From contig JAUWOV010000002.1 of assembly GCA_030611945.1 (NCBI GenBank), positions 1 to 47,018 of the forward strand: 47,018 nt of DNA. Direction: 5' to 3'. A program made the translations under genes and the position numbers. Under the pieces are notes generated by a model, which was not told where the DNA came from, searched no databases, and was given only the letters and a program-made list of their open reading frames with translations. Positions 26,595-34,768 of this stretch are shown here, piece after piece (positions within the stretch are counted from its first letter, which is position 1; each line of letters starts with the position of its first letter). Origin of the DNA: a bacterium. GTDB lineage: Bacteria; JAHJDO01.

Positions 26595-26952
26595 ATTTCT
26601 ACAGGGAACTAAAAATCAATTTCATAATCATTGGACTTTATTTATTGATGAGAAGCTCACATTGCACCAATTAATGCTATTAACATTTGCATGGGTAATC
26701 CAGCATGAGAGCCTATACAGAGAGAAGCCTCTACCAACAGAGCCGCTACAATATTACGGAACAACCGATGCAGACTTTGCAGAAGTTATGAAAGCATGGC
26801 ATCTTGGATGCGGAAGCATGGAAATGGAAAACAAAAGCAATGTCCGGTGCTTAAAGAAAGCAACAAAGTTCTTCTTGGATACCAAAAACGATTATGACGA
26901 AGGAATGAAACTATTTAATAAATATGCGGAGCCGGAAGTGGTCCCGTTTTAG
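26572..26952 (+). CDS. 126-aa hypothetical protein
   Basis: Overlaps the upstream gene by 23 nt. No domain recognised. Confidence 0.5.
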   Translation: MENRMGFEFLQGTKNQFHNHWTLFIDEKLTLHQLMLLTFAWVIQHESLYREKPLPTEPLQYYGTTDADFAEVMKAWHLGCGSMEMENKSNVRCLKKATKFFLDTKNDYDEGMKLFNKYAEPEVVPF

Positions 26953-27057
26953 GAAGGCAAATGCAAACTGCTACTTATAGACAGTTGGGCAAAGTTCAAC
27001 ATCTTTTGCGGTGGCTGCTTTGCCTTCTAATTTTGAAAAATAAAAGGGGATAAAATT

Positions 27058-27309
27058 ATGAGCGGGATAGCGGTAGAGATGACTAAATATCGCAAGAGTT
27101 ATGTTGAGAGTATAAATAAATTTAGAAATAAATTTCAAAAAGAGATTCGGAAAATACGGGAAGAAAAGAAAATAATAAAAGAATGTCCGTTCTGCAAAAA
27201 GCAATTCACTCAAAAAGAACTAGATGACTTATTTATGGATGATAAAGGATTTATGCATTGTCCTGATTGTGGAACTGTTGAATTAGATGATGTGGAAGAA
27301 GAGAATTAG
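27058..27309 (+). CDS. 83-aa zinc-ribbon protein
   Basis: CPFC...CPDC. GGGGA lies upstream of the ATG. Confidence 0.5.
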   Translation: MSGIAVEMTKYRKSYVESINKFRNKFQKEIRKIREEKKIIKECPFCKKQFTQKELDDLFMDDKGFMHCPDCGTVELDDVEEEN

Positions 27310-27321
27310 AAAGCAAATAAC

Positions 27322-27765
27322 ATGAAGATTAAATTTGAAATTTTGGGACCACCGCGACCAAAAGGACGTCCGAAGTTCTTCCGTAAAGGTAATTTTGTTG
27401 GTACATACACTCCAACTGCAACCAGAGAATACGAACAAAATGTCTTAACGCAGGCATTACCTCATAAGCCGGTGAAACCGATTGAGGAAGCAATAAGATT
27501 GACAATGATTTTTCATATGCCAATACCGACATCGTTTAGCAGAAAGAAAAAAGGTCTGGCAATAAATAAATTCCTAAGACCAACAAAAAGGCCTGATCTC
27601 GATAATCTTGCAAAAATTAAGGATGCTCTCAATAAGGTTTTCTGGACAGACGATTCGGTCATTGTTGAGGAATATCTATATAAAGTTTATTCCGAAACGC
27701 CTAAAACAGAAATCACGATAGAAACGATATTCGCTAAGCAGGGGGAATTTGAATACGATGGCTAA
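27322..27765 (+). CDS. rusA: RusA-family Holliday junction resolvase
   Basis: Motifs PPRPKGRPKF...TPT.TREYE...RPDLDNLAKIKDALNKVFWTDDSVIVE..YKVY. Confidence 0.9.
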   Translation: MKIKFEILGPPRPKGRPKFFRKGNFVGTYTPTATREYEQNVLTQALPHKPVKPIEEAIRLTMIFHMPIPTSFSRKKKGLAINKFLRPTKRPDLDNLAKIKDALNKVFWTDDSVIVEEYLYKVYSETPKTEITIETIFAKQGEFEYDG

Positions 27766-27807
27766 GCTAACCAGAGACATCCGTTGCCAGAAATGTAGGA
27801 AGCTCAT

Positions 27808-27984
27808 ATGCAAATAACTCTACCATATCAGGCTAAGAGCATACTTTTAAATGTTTTAAAGGATTTCATACCTGTTGATGTGGAAAAGTTTGTTGGAAGC
27901 ATAGAGATACCCTTAAAGCAGGGGAATATTGGAGTAATTAAGTATATTGGGCATATAGAGGTGAAATATAAAAATAAGGCTTGA
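27808..27984 (+). CDS. 58-aa hypothetical protein (below the track cutoff)
   Basis: AGGAAG lies 5 nt upstream. It is the last ORF before the promoter/terminator region. Confidence 0.35.
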   Translation: MQITLPYQAKSILLNVLKDFIPVDVEKFVGSIEIPLKQGNIGVIKYIGHIEVKYKNKA

Positions 27985-27986
27985 TA

Positions 27987-28014
27987 TTGTTTTTAAAGTA
28001 GCGTAGCTTATAAT
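27987..28014 (+). promoter_or_regulatory. candidate late promoter
   Basis: TTGTTT (27987-27992), a 16-nt spacer, consensus TATAAT (28009-28014). Confidence 0.3.
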
Positions 28015-28060
28015 TAGTTTTTTAGAAAATTTGATGTAGAGGAATAACATCATAACAGAT

Positions 28061-28097
28061 GCCTCATTTTGGCTTAGGTCAAAGTGGGGCTTTTTTT
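28061..28097 (+). terminator. intrinsic terminator 10 nt upstream of the small-terminase start
   Basis: GCCUCAUUUUGGC-UUAG-GUCAAAGUGGGGC forms a 13-bp stem (including three G-U pairs) with a 4-nt loop, followed by seven T (28091-28097). Confidence 0.7.
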
Positions 28098-28106
28098 AAT
28101 AAGAAT

Positions 28107-28514
28107 ATGAGAAAACAATCTAAAAAGCAAAAGAAAATAAAGAAAGAGATTTCCCCTCAGAGCCTAACTTTACAAATGGTAGAAGTCGCAAAAGTGCTAG
28201 GCGATGTTACTGATAAGCGTTATGATTATGAAATAGCACAGGAAATAGGAATTACTTCCAGAACAATAACAAATTGGAAAAGAATTCCTGCATTTCTGGC
28301 AATAGTCAATGGAACACTAGACGAAACAAAATCAAGTTTAAGGCTTAATGCATACAAATCACTTAATCGTCAAGCTATTGCGCAAAATATGGTAGCAGTT
28401 AAAGAGGCATTGGATAGGACTGAGGGACAAGTAAAGCAGACAGTTGAACACTCAGGGGATATAAAAGTAGTATTTAAAAACTCTGAGAAGATACTTGCTA
28501 AGGCGGATAAATGA
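28107..28514 (+). CDS. terminase small subunit-like HTH protein
   Basis: Motif YEIAQEIGITSRTITNWKRIP, plus ATGA coupling to the large terminase. The track start at 28059 lies inside the terminator hairpin, so ATG 28107 is preferred even without a strong SD. Confidence 0.5.
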   Translation: MRKQSKKQKKIKKEISPQSLTLQMVEVAKVLGDVTDKRYDYEIAQEIGITSRTITNWKRIPAFLAIVNGTLDETKSSLRLNAYKSLNRQAIAQNMVAVKEALDRTEGQVKQTVEHSGDIKVVFKNSEKILAKADK

Positions 28515-30838
28515 AATTAGAGATAGAATACAATCCTAACCCAAAGCAAACAGAATTTCATTGTTCAAGCGCAAAATACCGCTTATTTCTTGGAGCATGG
28601 AGAAGTGGGAAATGTCTTTATGTCAAGCAAGGCGTAAGGATGGCTGATGGGAGTATAAAGCAAGCTCAAGATATACGGGCAGGGGATAAGATACTAGGAT
28701 ATAATAGGGAGACATGTAAAGCAGAGTCTTGTTCGGTTTTATCAACAGAGAAAACATTAAAGAAAACAGAAAGATACATATTATCTGATAATTCTGAAAT
28801 TATTTGTTCTCCTGACCATAGGTTTCCTTGTAGTTGGCAAGGATATGATAAAGAAAAGGAAATAGGAGAAATAGCGAGGAGAACAAAAGGGAATATATCC
28901 AAAGGATATTATTATTTACTTGGTGTTAAAAAGGTTAATTTTTTAGAAAGTAAAACCCCTTTTAAAATATCTCCATATATTCTCGGCTTATTATTAGGCG
29001 ACGGTTGTATGGTGCGGAACGAAATAAGTTTTTCTACCCCAGACAAGGAATTACTCACGGAACTAAGGACATTAGATAGTTTAGAGATTAAAAAACGCAG
29101 CGAATATGATTATGGCATAGTAAGCAAAGAAAAAGATGCTGGTGGTCGGAATTTCAATTGGCTTGTTACGGAATTGAGAGAATTAGGCTTATTAGGTAAA
29201 AATTCACATACTAAATTCATCCCAGAAAAGTATTTATATTCTACTGAGAAAGATAGGAAGGAAATATTATCGGGATTGGTAGATACTGATGGTTCGGTAA
29301 GAAAAGATAAAAAAGGCAGTATAGAATATAGCACCTGTTCTATTCAATTGGCAGAGGGTGTTCAATTTATTTTAAGAACGCTCGGGATAAGAGCAACTGT
29401 TAATAGAAGAACGACTAAAAGTCCCAATGGTAATCTTTGCCTTTCATATAGACTTACTTGGACTGATAAAAACTCCGTGAATTTAAGAATAAAACGGAAG
29501 AGAGATTTACTTGGAATAAGAAAACTGCATCGTTCTCACAGGGTATATATAAAAGAATATTATGATTTTGGAATACAGGAATGTGTAGACATAGCAATAG
29601 ACTATCCATCGCATTTGTTTCTTTTAGATAATTTTATAGCCACTCATAACACATGGGCAGGTTGCAAAGAGGCATTAAAACAAAGCATGTTATATCCTAA
29701 TAACAGAGGATTGATAGGCAGAAAGAACTATACTGATTTAAGAGATACAACGATGAGAACATTTTTTGAAGTATGCCTGCCAGAGTTGATAAAAAGCTAT
29801 AATAAAACAGAACATCATCTTTGTCTTATAAATGGTTCAGAGGTATTTTTCAGGGAATTAAAAGACAGGTCGGGACTTGGTTCTTTTGAGCTAGGCTGGT
29901 TTTATATTGATGAAGCAGAAGAGGTACAAGAAAGCATATTTACATATCTAAAAGGCAGGCTAAATGCTTCAGCAACGAAAAGACAATGCGGCTGGCTGAC
30001 AAGTAATCCACCAAACAAAGATCATTGGCTATTTAATGCTTTTGAAAGCGGGAATGCAAATCATTACTCCATACACGCCAATACATACCAAAACAAAAAA
30101 CATTTACCCGATAGTTATATTTCAGAGCTTGAGAGCCTGCCAGAATCTTGGCGTAAAAAGTATTTAATGGGCGAATATGGATTTACTCCTGACGGCAAGC
30201 CTTTTTACGATGGATTTAAAGATAGCCTACACAGGCGGTTATTAAATTATATCAAGGGCAAAACAATATACAGGGGAATAGACTTTGGATTTCATCATCC
30301 ATTTTGCGTTTGGGGGCAGGTTGACGCTAATGATAGATTTATGGTGCTAAAGGAGTTAATGGGGGCAGACATCACAATTGATAAGTTCGCAGATAGAATA
30401 ACATTGTTTGAGAATGAACATTTTCCTGATGTTGAATTTAAGACATTTTATGATCCTGCAGGAGAGCAAGTAAGTGATAAAAACGAACAGACATCAGTTG
30501 AGATACTAAAGGATAAGGGAATTACAGGAAGTTGTAAGCAATCTACTTATCGAGAAAGAAAGGAATTGATGGAGCAAAAGTTATCTACTCTTATTGCCGG
30601 TATTCCTGCGCTGATTGCAGATGAAAGTTGTCATGTGATAATTGATGGATTTTTAGGTGGTTATCATTATCCAGAGGCGAAAGATGGAAAACCTGTTGAG
30701 GAGACACCCTTTCGAGACGGATATTATGAACACGGATTAAATGCTTTGGAATATATTATAGTTAATCTGTTTAACGTGAGGAAGAAAAAACCGTCAAGAC
30801 CACAATTTACGGGAAGTTACAACCCCATGCAAGCTTAA
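28511..30838 (+). CDS. terL: terminase large subunit, interrupted by an intein
   Basis: The exteins give a 429-aa TerL: Walker A GAWRSGK|T after splicing, Walker B WFYIDEAEE, and nuclease motifs GIDFGFHHP, YDPAG and IDGFLGGYHY. Confidence 0.9.
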   Translation: MKLEIEYNPNPKQTEFHCSSAKYRLFLGAWRSGKCLYVKQGVRMADGSIKQAQDIRAGDKILGYNRETCKAESCSVLSTEKTLKKTERYILSDNSEIICSPDHRFPCSWQGYDKEKEIGEIARRTKGNISKGYYYLLGVKKVNFLESKTPFKISPYILGLLLGDGCMVRNEISFSTPDKELLTELRTLDSLEIKKRSEYDYGIVSKEKDAGGRNFNWLVTELRELGLLGKNSHTKFIPEKYLYSTEKDRKEILSGLVDTDGSVRKDKKGSIEYSTCSIQLAEGVQFILRTLGIRATVNRRTTKSPNGNLCLSYRLTWTDKNSVNLRIKRKRDLLGIRKLHRSHRVYIKEYYDFGIQECVDIAIDYPSHLFLLDNFIATHNTWAGCKEALKQSMLYPNNRGLIGRKNYTDLRDTTMRTFFEVCLPELIKSYNKTEHHLCLINGSEVFFRELKDRSGLGSFELGWFYIDEAEEVQESIFTYLKGRLNASATKRQCGWLTSNPPNKDHWLFNAFESGNANHYSIHANTYQNKKHLPDSYISELESLPESWRKKYLMGEYGFTPDGKPFYDGFKDSLHRRLLNYIKGKTIYRGIDFGFHHPFCVWGQVDANDRFMVLKELMGADITIDKFADRITLFENEHFPDVEFKTFYDPAGEQVSDKNEQTSVEILKDKGITGSCKQSTYRERKELMEQKLSTLIAGIPALIADESCHVIIDGFLGGYHYPEAKDGKPVEETPFRDGYYEHGLNALEYIIVNLFNVRKKKPSRPQFTGSYNPMQA
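28613..29650 (+). mobile_element. 346-aa intein with a LAGLIDADG homing endonuclease, inserted in the TerL P-loop
   Basis: Begins at Cys35 (CLYVKQGVRMADGS) and has block B SPDH. LAGLIDADG motifs are ILGLLLGDGCM and ILSGLVDTDGSV. Ends ...LLDNFIATHN, followed by the +1 Thr. Confidence 0.88.
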
Positions 30839-30856
30839 CTAACTAAAGGAGAAGAT

Positions 30857-31153
30857 ATGAAGACGTTAAAGTTAAATGGAGTGTATTATCGTTGGGAGCA
30901 TATTGGTGGAGGCAAAGGACTGGAAATAGAGAATAAGTATATCACTCGTCCTTATTGCAGGATTATTTTTGAGAGTGATGCAATTATTAAGGAGCCTGAA
31001 AAGATAGTTAAGCAGGTTTTGGGTGTTTTGTTTCCTGCTCCTGAGATTGAGGAAAAGCAGCGAGCTTTTGTTTGTAAAAAATGTGGAAAAGTATGTAAAA
31101 ATAATATCGGGCTTTTGGCGCATATGCGGTCGCATAAGAAAAAGGAGAAATAA
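30857..31153 (+). CDS. 98-aa protein with a C-terminal classical C2H2 zinc finger
   Basis: FVCKKCGKVCKNNIGLLAHMRSH has C-x2-C-x12-H-x3-H spacing with the conserved Leu. Confidence 0.5.
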   Translation: MKTLKLNGVYYRWEHIGGGKGLEIENKYITRPYCRIIFESDAIIKEPEKIVKQVLGVLFPAPEIEEKQRAFVCKKCGKVCKNNIGLLAHMRSHKKKEK

Positions 31154-31155
31154 CT

Positions 31156-31398
31156 ATGATGGGAAAAGAAGTATGTGAATGTGATAGGGAACGTCAGAAA
31201 GATGTATATGGTTTAGATAAACGTGTAAATTGCAAAGAATGTGTAAAGTGTGGAAGTAAGAAAATAGACGTTGCTTATATGGAGAGATACCACGATGAAG
31301 AAAAAGGTTGGATTGAAGAATGTTTATTAAAGACATGTCAGTGTGGTTATGCTTGGATTGAAGATTGTAACGATAAGAAAAAAGGAGGCAAGAAGTGA
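31156..31398 (+). CDS. 80-aa Cys-rich (zinc-ribbon-like) protein
   Basis: Cys patterns CEC...CKECVKC...CQC...C. Confidence 0.5.
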   Translation: MMGKEVCECDRERQKDVYGLDKRVNCKECVKCGSKKIDVAYMERYHDEEKGWIEECLLKTCQCGYAWIEDCNDKKKGGKK

Positions 31399-31643
31399 AA
31401 TTATACGACGTTGGGACCTCACCTGTAGAGACAGAAGGAAAGCCGAGAAAGTATTATCCTTCAATTAATGTTGAGGGCGGGGATATTAAAGGGATAGAGA
31501 AAGTAAAAGTCGGAGCAACCTTTAAGGGCATGTGCGAAATGGTGTTAACAGGAGAGGAAATTAACATTAGAAACGGAAAAATACTGAAAGAATATAGATT
31601 GGAAATTAGAAAAGTAGGGGTTGAAAACAAAAAAGGAGAATAA
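31395..31643 (+). CDS. 82-aa hypothetical protein
   Basis: GTGA/ATGA-type coupling. No domain recognised. Confidence 0.5.
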   Translation: MKLYDVGTSPVETEGKPRKYYPSINVEGGDIKGIEKVKVGATFKGMCEMVLTGEEINIRNGKILKEYRLEIRKVGVENKKGE

Positions 31644-31644
31644 A

Positions 31645-31779
31645 ATGGCAACAAAAAGAGGTGGTAGAGGAACAGGTTACGGTCAAAAAAATGGTTCACA
31701 AAGAGGTTTGAAATCAGGCGGCAGAGGTAGAAATAGAACATCTACTTGCAGACACCCCAATCTTAAGAAAAAGAGATAG
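31645..31779 (+). CDS. 44-aa Arg/Gly-rich basic peptide (below the track cutoff)
   Basis: AAAGGAG lies 6 nt upstream. Product MATKRGGRGTGYGQKNGSQRGLKSGGRGRNRTSTCRHPNLKKKR. Confidence 0.4.
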   Translation: MATKRGGRGTGYGQKNGSQRGLKSGGRGRNRTSTCRHPNLKKKR

Positions 31780-31790
31780 GAAAACAGATT

Positions 31791-31988
31791 ATGCCTTATA
31801 CATTAAAAACACTACCACCACATATTAAAGAACTACCTCAATCTGCGCAAAAAACATTTATGGAAACGTTTAATTCTGCTTATGCGGATTGTAAGAAAAA
31901 CGGGTTATCACATGGAAATAAAAGTTGCGATGCTCAAGCGTTTAGAATAGCAAATAGTGCATTGAATAAATTAGCGGGGAAGAAATGA
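31791..31988 (+). CDS. ChaB-like small protein
   Basis: MPYTLKTLPPHIKELPQSAQKTFMETFNSAY matches the ChaB domain pattern. Confidence 0.65.
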   Translation: MPYTLKTLPPHIKELPQSAQKTFMETFNSAYADCKKNGLSHGNKSCDAQAFRIANSALNKLAGKK

Positions 31989-33682
31989 GTGATATTGGAA
32001 CTTTAAGAAAGATTAAGGCGTGGAAAGAGGAAGCCACGAGTAAATGGTCGAAATGGGAAACGGGCGCAAAAGAAAATTTTGCTTTTGCACATGGAGAGCA
32101 ATGGAAGCCGGACATTAAGAGTAAAGTAGAAGAAGAAGGCAGGCCTGCATACACTTTTAACGAAATAAGAGGAGCTTTAAAGCTCGTTACAGGATTTCAA
32201 CGTCAAAACAGGCAGGATATTAAAATTGTTGGAGTAGAGGGCGGAGACGATAAAATAGCAGATATAATGACGTTATTGATTAAAAATGTTGTTACTAAGC
32301 AAAACGGAGAATATAAATTTAGTGATTGTTTTTCAGATGGAGTGAAATGTTCTCGTGGGTTTCTTGAGATAGAAATAAATTATGATCAAGATATTCTAAA
32401 TGGCGTTATAACTATTCATCATAGAAGTCCATTTGAAGTAAAGGTTGACCCATATTCTGTTGAATATGATTTAAGCGATGCTGGTTATCTAATTCGGGAA
32501 ATACCAAATCTCACAAAAGATATATTGCTTTCTCGGTTTCCTGAGCAGAAAGATAAGGTAATTGAGGCAACGGCAAAACAAGAACCTGATAGTGAGAAGA
32601 ATCGCTGGACTTTAGTAGAATGTTGGTATAAAGAATACACTATTGTAAAGTTTCTTGTTGATACTCAGCGTGGAGAAGTAACGGAGTTAGGCAAAGTAAC
32701 TAAGAAGCAGGAAGCGAAGCTATTAAAGGTTTCTAAGGATTTACAGATATATTCTCGCCGTGTTCCCTTAATTAAAGTAGCGTCAGTTGTTGGAGACGTT
32801 CTTTTGCAGGATGATGATTCTCCGTATTATCCACATTTAAAGATATTTCCTTTTATCCCTTATATATGTGATTGGACACCTTCTGCAAGTAAGCTGGAAC
32901 ATAGATGTCAGGGGATAGTGGATGCAATAAAAGACCCGCAGAGATTGGTAAATAAACAAACTTCTATGTCGTTACATATCATCAACACTTCGGCTAATGC
33001 TCCGTGGATTGGCGACGATGATGCTTTAGATGAGGAAGGAGAGACGAACCTTAAAAAGTTTGGGTCAAGACCTGGTATTTATATTAAAAAGAAAAAAGGT
33101 TCAGAATTAAGGAGAGAGCCTCCTGTTTCAGGCACTTTATCGCAGTTTGTTCTAACCGATAGAGGTTCAGACCAGATAAAGCGTATTAGTGGAATAGACA
33201 CTAATTTATTAGCACAAACAGAAATGAAATCAATGTCAGGTAAGGCTTTAGAGATAAGACAGCAACAAGGCAAAACAGCAATTCAGGAGATATTTGATAA
33301 TTTGCGATTAACAAGACATATTGAAGCTAGAGTGATAATAGGATTAATACTGCATTCTTATACACCTGAGAAAGTAGTCAGGATTTGCGGAGAAGAAAAA
33401 GTTACGCTAGAACAAGCATCTGCGATATTAAAAAATATAGATATGACGCAATATGATATTGCTATTGATGAGATTAGCTCCTCTGCTACTATGAGAGCAG
33501 CAACCTTTCTTACAATGCTTGAGATGAAGGAGAAAGGATTTCAGAGTATATCAGAGGCTGATTTAATAGAAAGTTCAGATCTGCCCAATAAAGAAAAGAT
33601 ATTAGCGAGAATTAAAAGTCAAGAAGAGGAAGGTCAAGGGGCTTTGCCTCTCGGACAAATAACACAAAAACAAAGGAGATAG
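31985..33682 (+). CDS. portal protein
   Basis: 565 aa, located between terminase and scaffold/capsid, with an N-terminal FAFAHGEQW motif and an acidic C-terminus. Call is by position, size and motif. Confidence 0.75.
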   Translation: MSDIGTLRKIKAWKEEATSKWSKWETGAKENFAFAHGEQWKPDIKSKVEEEGRPAYTFNEIRGALKLVTGFQRQNRQDIKIVGVEGGDDKIADIMTLLIKNVVTKQNGEYKFSDCFSDGVKCSRGFLEIEINYDQDILNGVITIHHRSPFEVKVDPYSVEYDLSDAGYLIREIPNLTKDILLSRFPEQKDKVIEATAKQEPDSEKNRWTLVECWYKEYTIVKFLVDTQRGEVTELGKVTKKQEAKLLKVSKDLQIYSRRVPLIKVASVVGDVLLQDDDSPYYPHLKIFPFIPYICDWTPSASKLEHRCQGIVDAIKDPQRLVNKQTSMSLHIINTSANAPWIGDDDALDEEGETNLKKFGSRPGIYIKKKKGSELRREPPVSGTLSQFVLTDRGSDQIKRISGIDTNLLAQTEMKSMSGKALEIRQQQGKTAIQEIFDNLRLTRHIEARVIIGLILHSYTPEKVVRICGEEKVTLEQASAILKNIDMTQYDIAIDEISSSATMRAATFLTMLEMKEKGFQSISEADLIESSDLPNKEKILARIKSQEEEGQGALPLGQITQKQRR

Positions 33683-33685
33683 AAA

Positions 33686-34528
33686 ATGGGAGACATGCTT
33701 ATAGATGGAGAAGGATTTCAGCTAAATGACCAGAACGAACGTGCTTTAACCGACGAAGGGGATGAAATACTAATAAGTCATGATAAAGAGAACAATATTC
33801 TTGATGAAGAAGGCAACCCGAAGATGGATGAGGAAACAGGTGAGCCATTAAAAGTCGAAATTTTTACACCAGAGTCGCCAAAAGAGCCTAATGAGCTAGA
33901 TGGGCTTAAAACACAAGTAACTACATTGACAGAGCAGATTGAGGAGTTAAACAAAGCAAATACAGGTATTAAAAGTGATTTAGAGACAGAGAGAGGGAGA
34001 AGGCGAGATTTAGAAACAAACACAACTCCGCCAGCAATGACACCTGAGGAACAGGAAGAATATTTGAATGAGCCAATGACCCGTCAAGAAGCGCTTAATT
34101 TACAGGATACTCTTCGTCAGGATATTAAAAAGAGCACTCGTCCTTTAACTGAAAGCACATCATTAGCAAGCGCAAAAAAGAACCATGAGGATTTTGACGA
34201 AGTATCAAAGTTAGCAGATGAGGTTTTAAAAAACCAGCCATATCTAAGAGCGGCGCTTAATTTATCTAATGATCCTTCGGAAATGAAATATACTTTTGGA
34301 AAAACACATCCGAAATATATAGAAGGAATTAGGACAAAAGGAAAAGCTGATACTATAAACACAATAACTAATCCAAAAATTAAGACATCGGCAAATGTTA
34401 GCGGTGTAAGTAAGACAGATTTAAGCGGGCTTGACTTGGCAGCGGCTGAGAAGCTCCAAAGAGAAGACCCAGAAGCCTTTGCAAAGTTACCTGAAGCAAC
34501 AAAACAAAGGTTAATGGGCGCAATTTGA
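33686..34528 (+). CDS. scaffolding protein (putative)
   Basis: 280 aa, highly acidic with coiled-coil character, located between portal and capsid. Confidence 0.5.
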   Translation: MGDMLIDGEGFQLNDQNERALTDEGDEILISHDKENNILDEEGNPKMDEETGEPLKVEIFTPESPKEPNELDGLKTQVTTLTEQIEELNKANTGIKSDLETERGRRRDLETNTTPPAMTPEEQEEYLNEPMTRQEALNLQDTLRQDIKKSTRPLTESTSLASAKKNHEDFDEVSKLADEVLKNQPYLRAALNLSNDPSEMKYTFGKTHPKYIEGIRTKGKADTINTITNPKIKTSANVSGVSKTDLSGLDLAAAEKLQREDPEAFAKLPEATKQRLMGAI

Positions 34529-34553
34529 CATCTATATAATTATAGTATATACT
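34525..34553 (+). promoter_or_regulatory. near-consensus sigma70-type promoter ahead of the capsid leader
   Basis: TTGACA (34525-34530, overlapping the scaffold stop), a 17-nt spacer, TATACT (34548-34553). Confidence 0.5.
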
Positions 34554-34593
34554 GATTTTTGAGGCTGGAAAGCAAGGGTTTCCATGTTTACCT

Positions 34594-34714
34594 GATGAAT
34601 TCGCCTCACATCAAACAAGCATGCGGTCAAAATGGGCTGTAAAGCAGAGAAGTCAGGCACTTCTTGTGGAATTCGCCCACCGCAGTAAAAAGTCTCGATT
34701 CGCCTAAAAGCGAG
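34594..34714 (+). promoter_or_regulatory. repeat-bearing capsid 5' leader with three (A)ATTCGCC motifs in short hairpin loops
   Basis: The motif is bracketed by GATG/CATC (34594-34612), GTGG/CCAC (34666-34680) and CTCG/CGAG (34694-34714). GGGCTGTAA also occurs twice (34634 and 34717). Confidence 0.4.
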
Positions 34715-34768
34715 GAGGGCTGTAATAAATCCTCAAAATTGTAAAAAGTTAATAAAGGAGGATTTATT

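Noticed and set aside
28059-28106. First 16 codons of track ORF 28059..28514
   Set aside because: These codons are the terminator hairpin and its T-tract. An RNA-level role explains the sequence better than coding does.
27766-28510. Search for a lysis cassette (holin, endolysin, spanin) or a Q-type antiterminator between RusA and the terminase, as in lambdoid phages
   Set aside because: Only a 58-aa ORF and regulatory signals are present. No holin-like or muramidase-like sequence is recognisable anywhere in the window, so lysis genes presumably lie beyond 47,018.
34560-34768. tRNA, tmRNA or group I intron remnant in the scaffold-capsid gap
   Set aside because: No cloverleaf, no conserved intron cores (P7/P3-type pairings) and no flanking split ORF could be found. 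The short ORFs there (15-28 codons) lack an SD, and the repeats fall in different frames.
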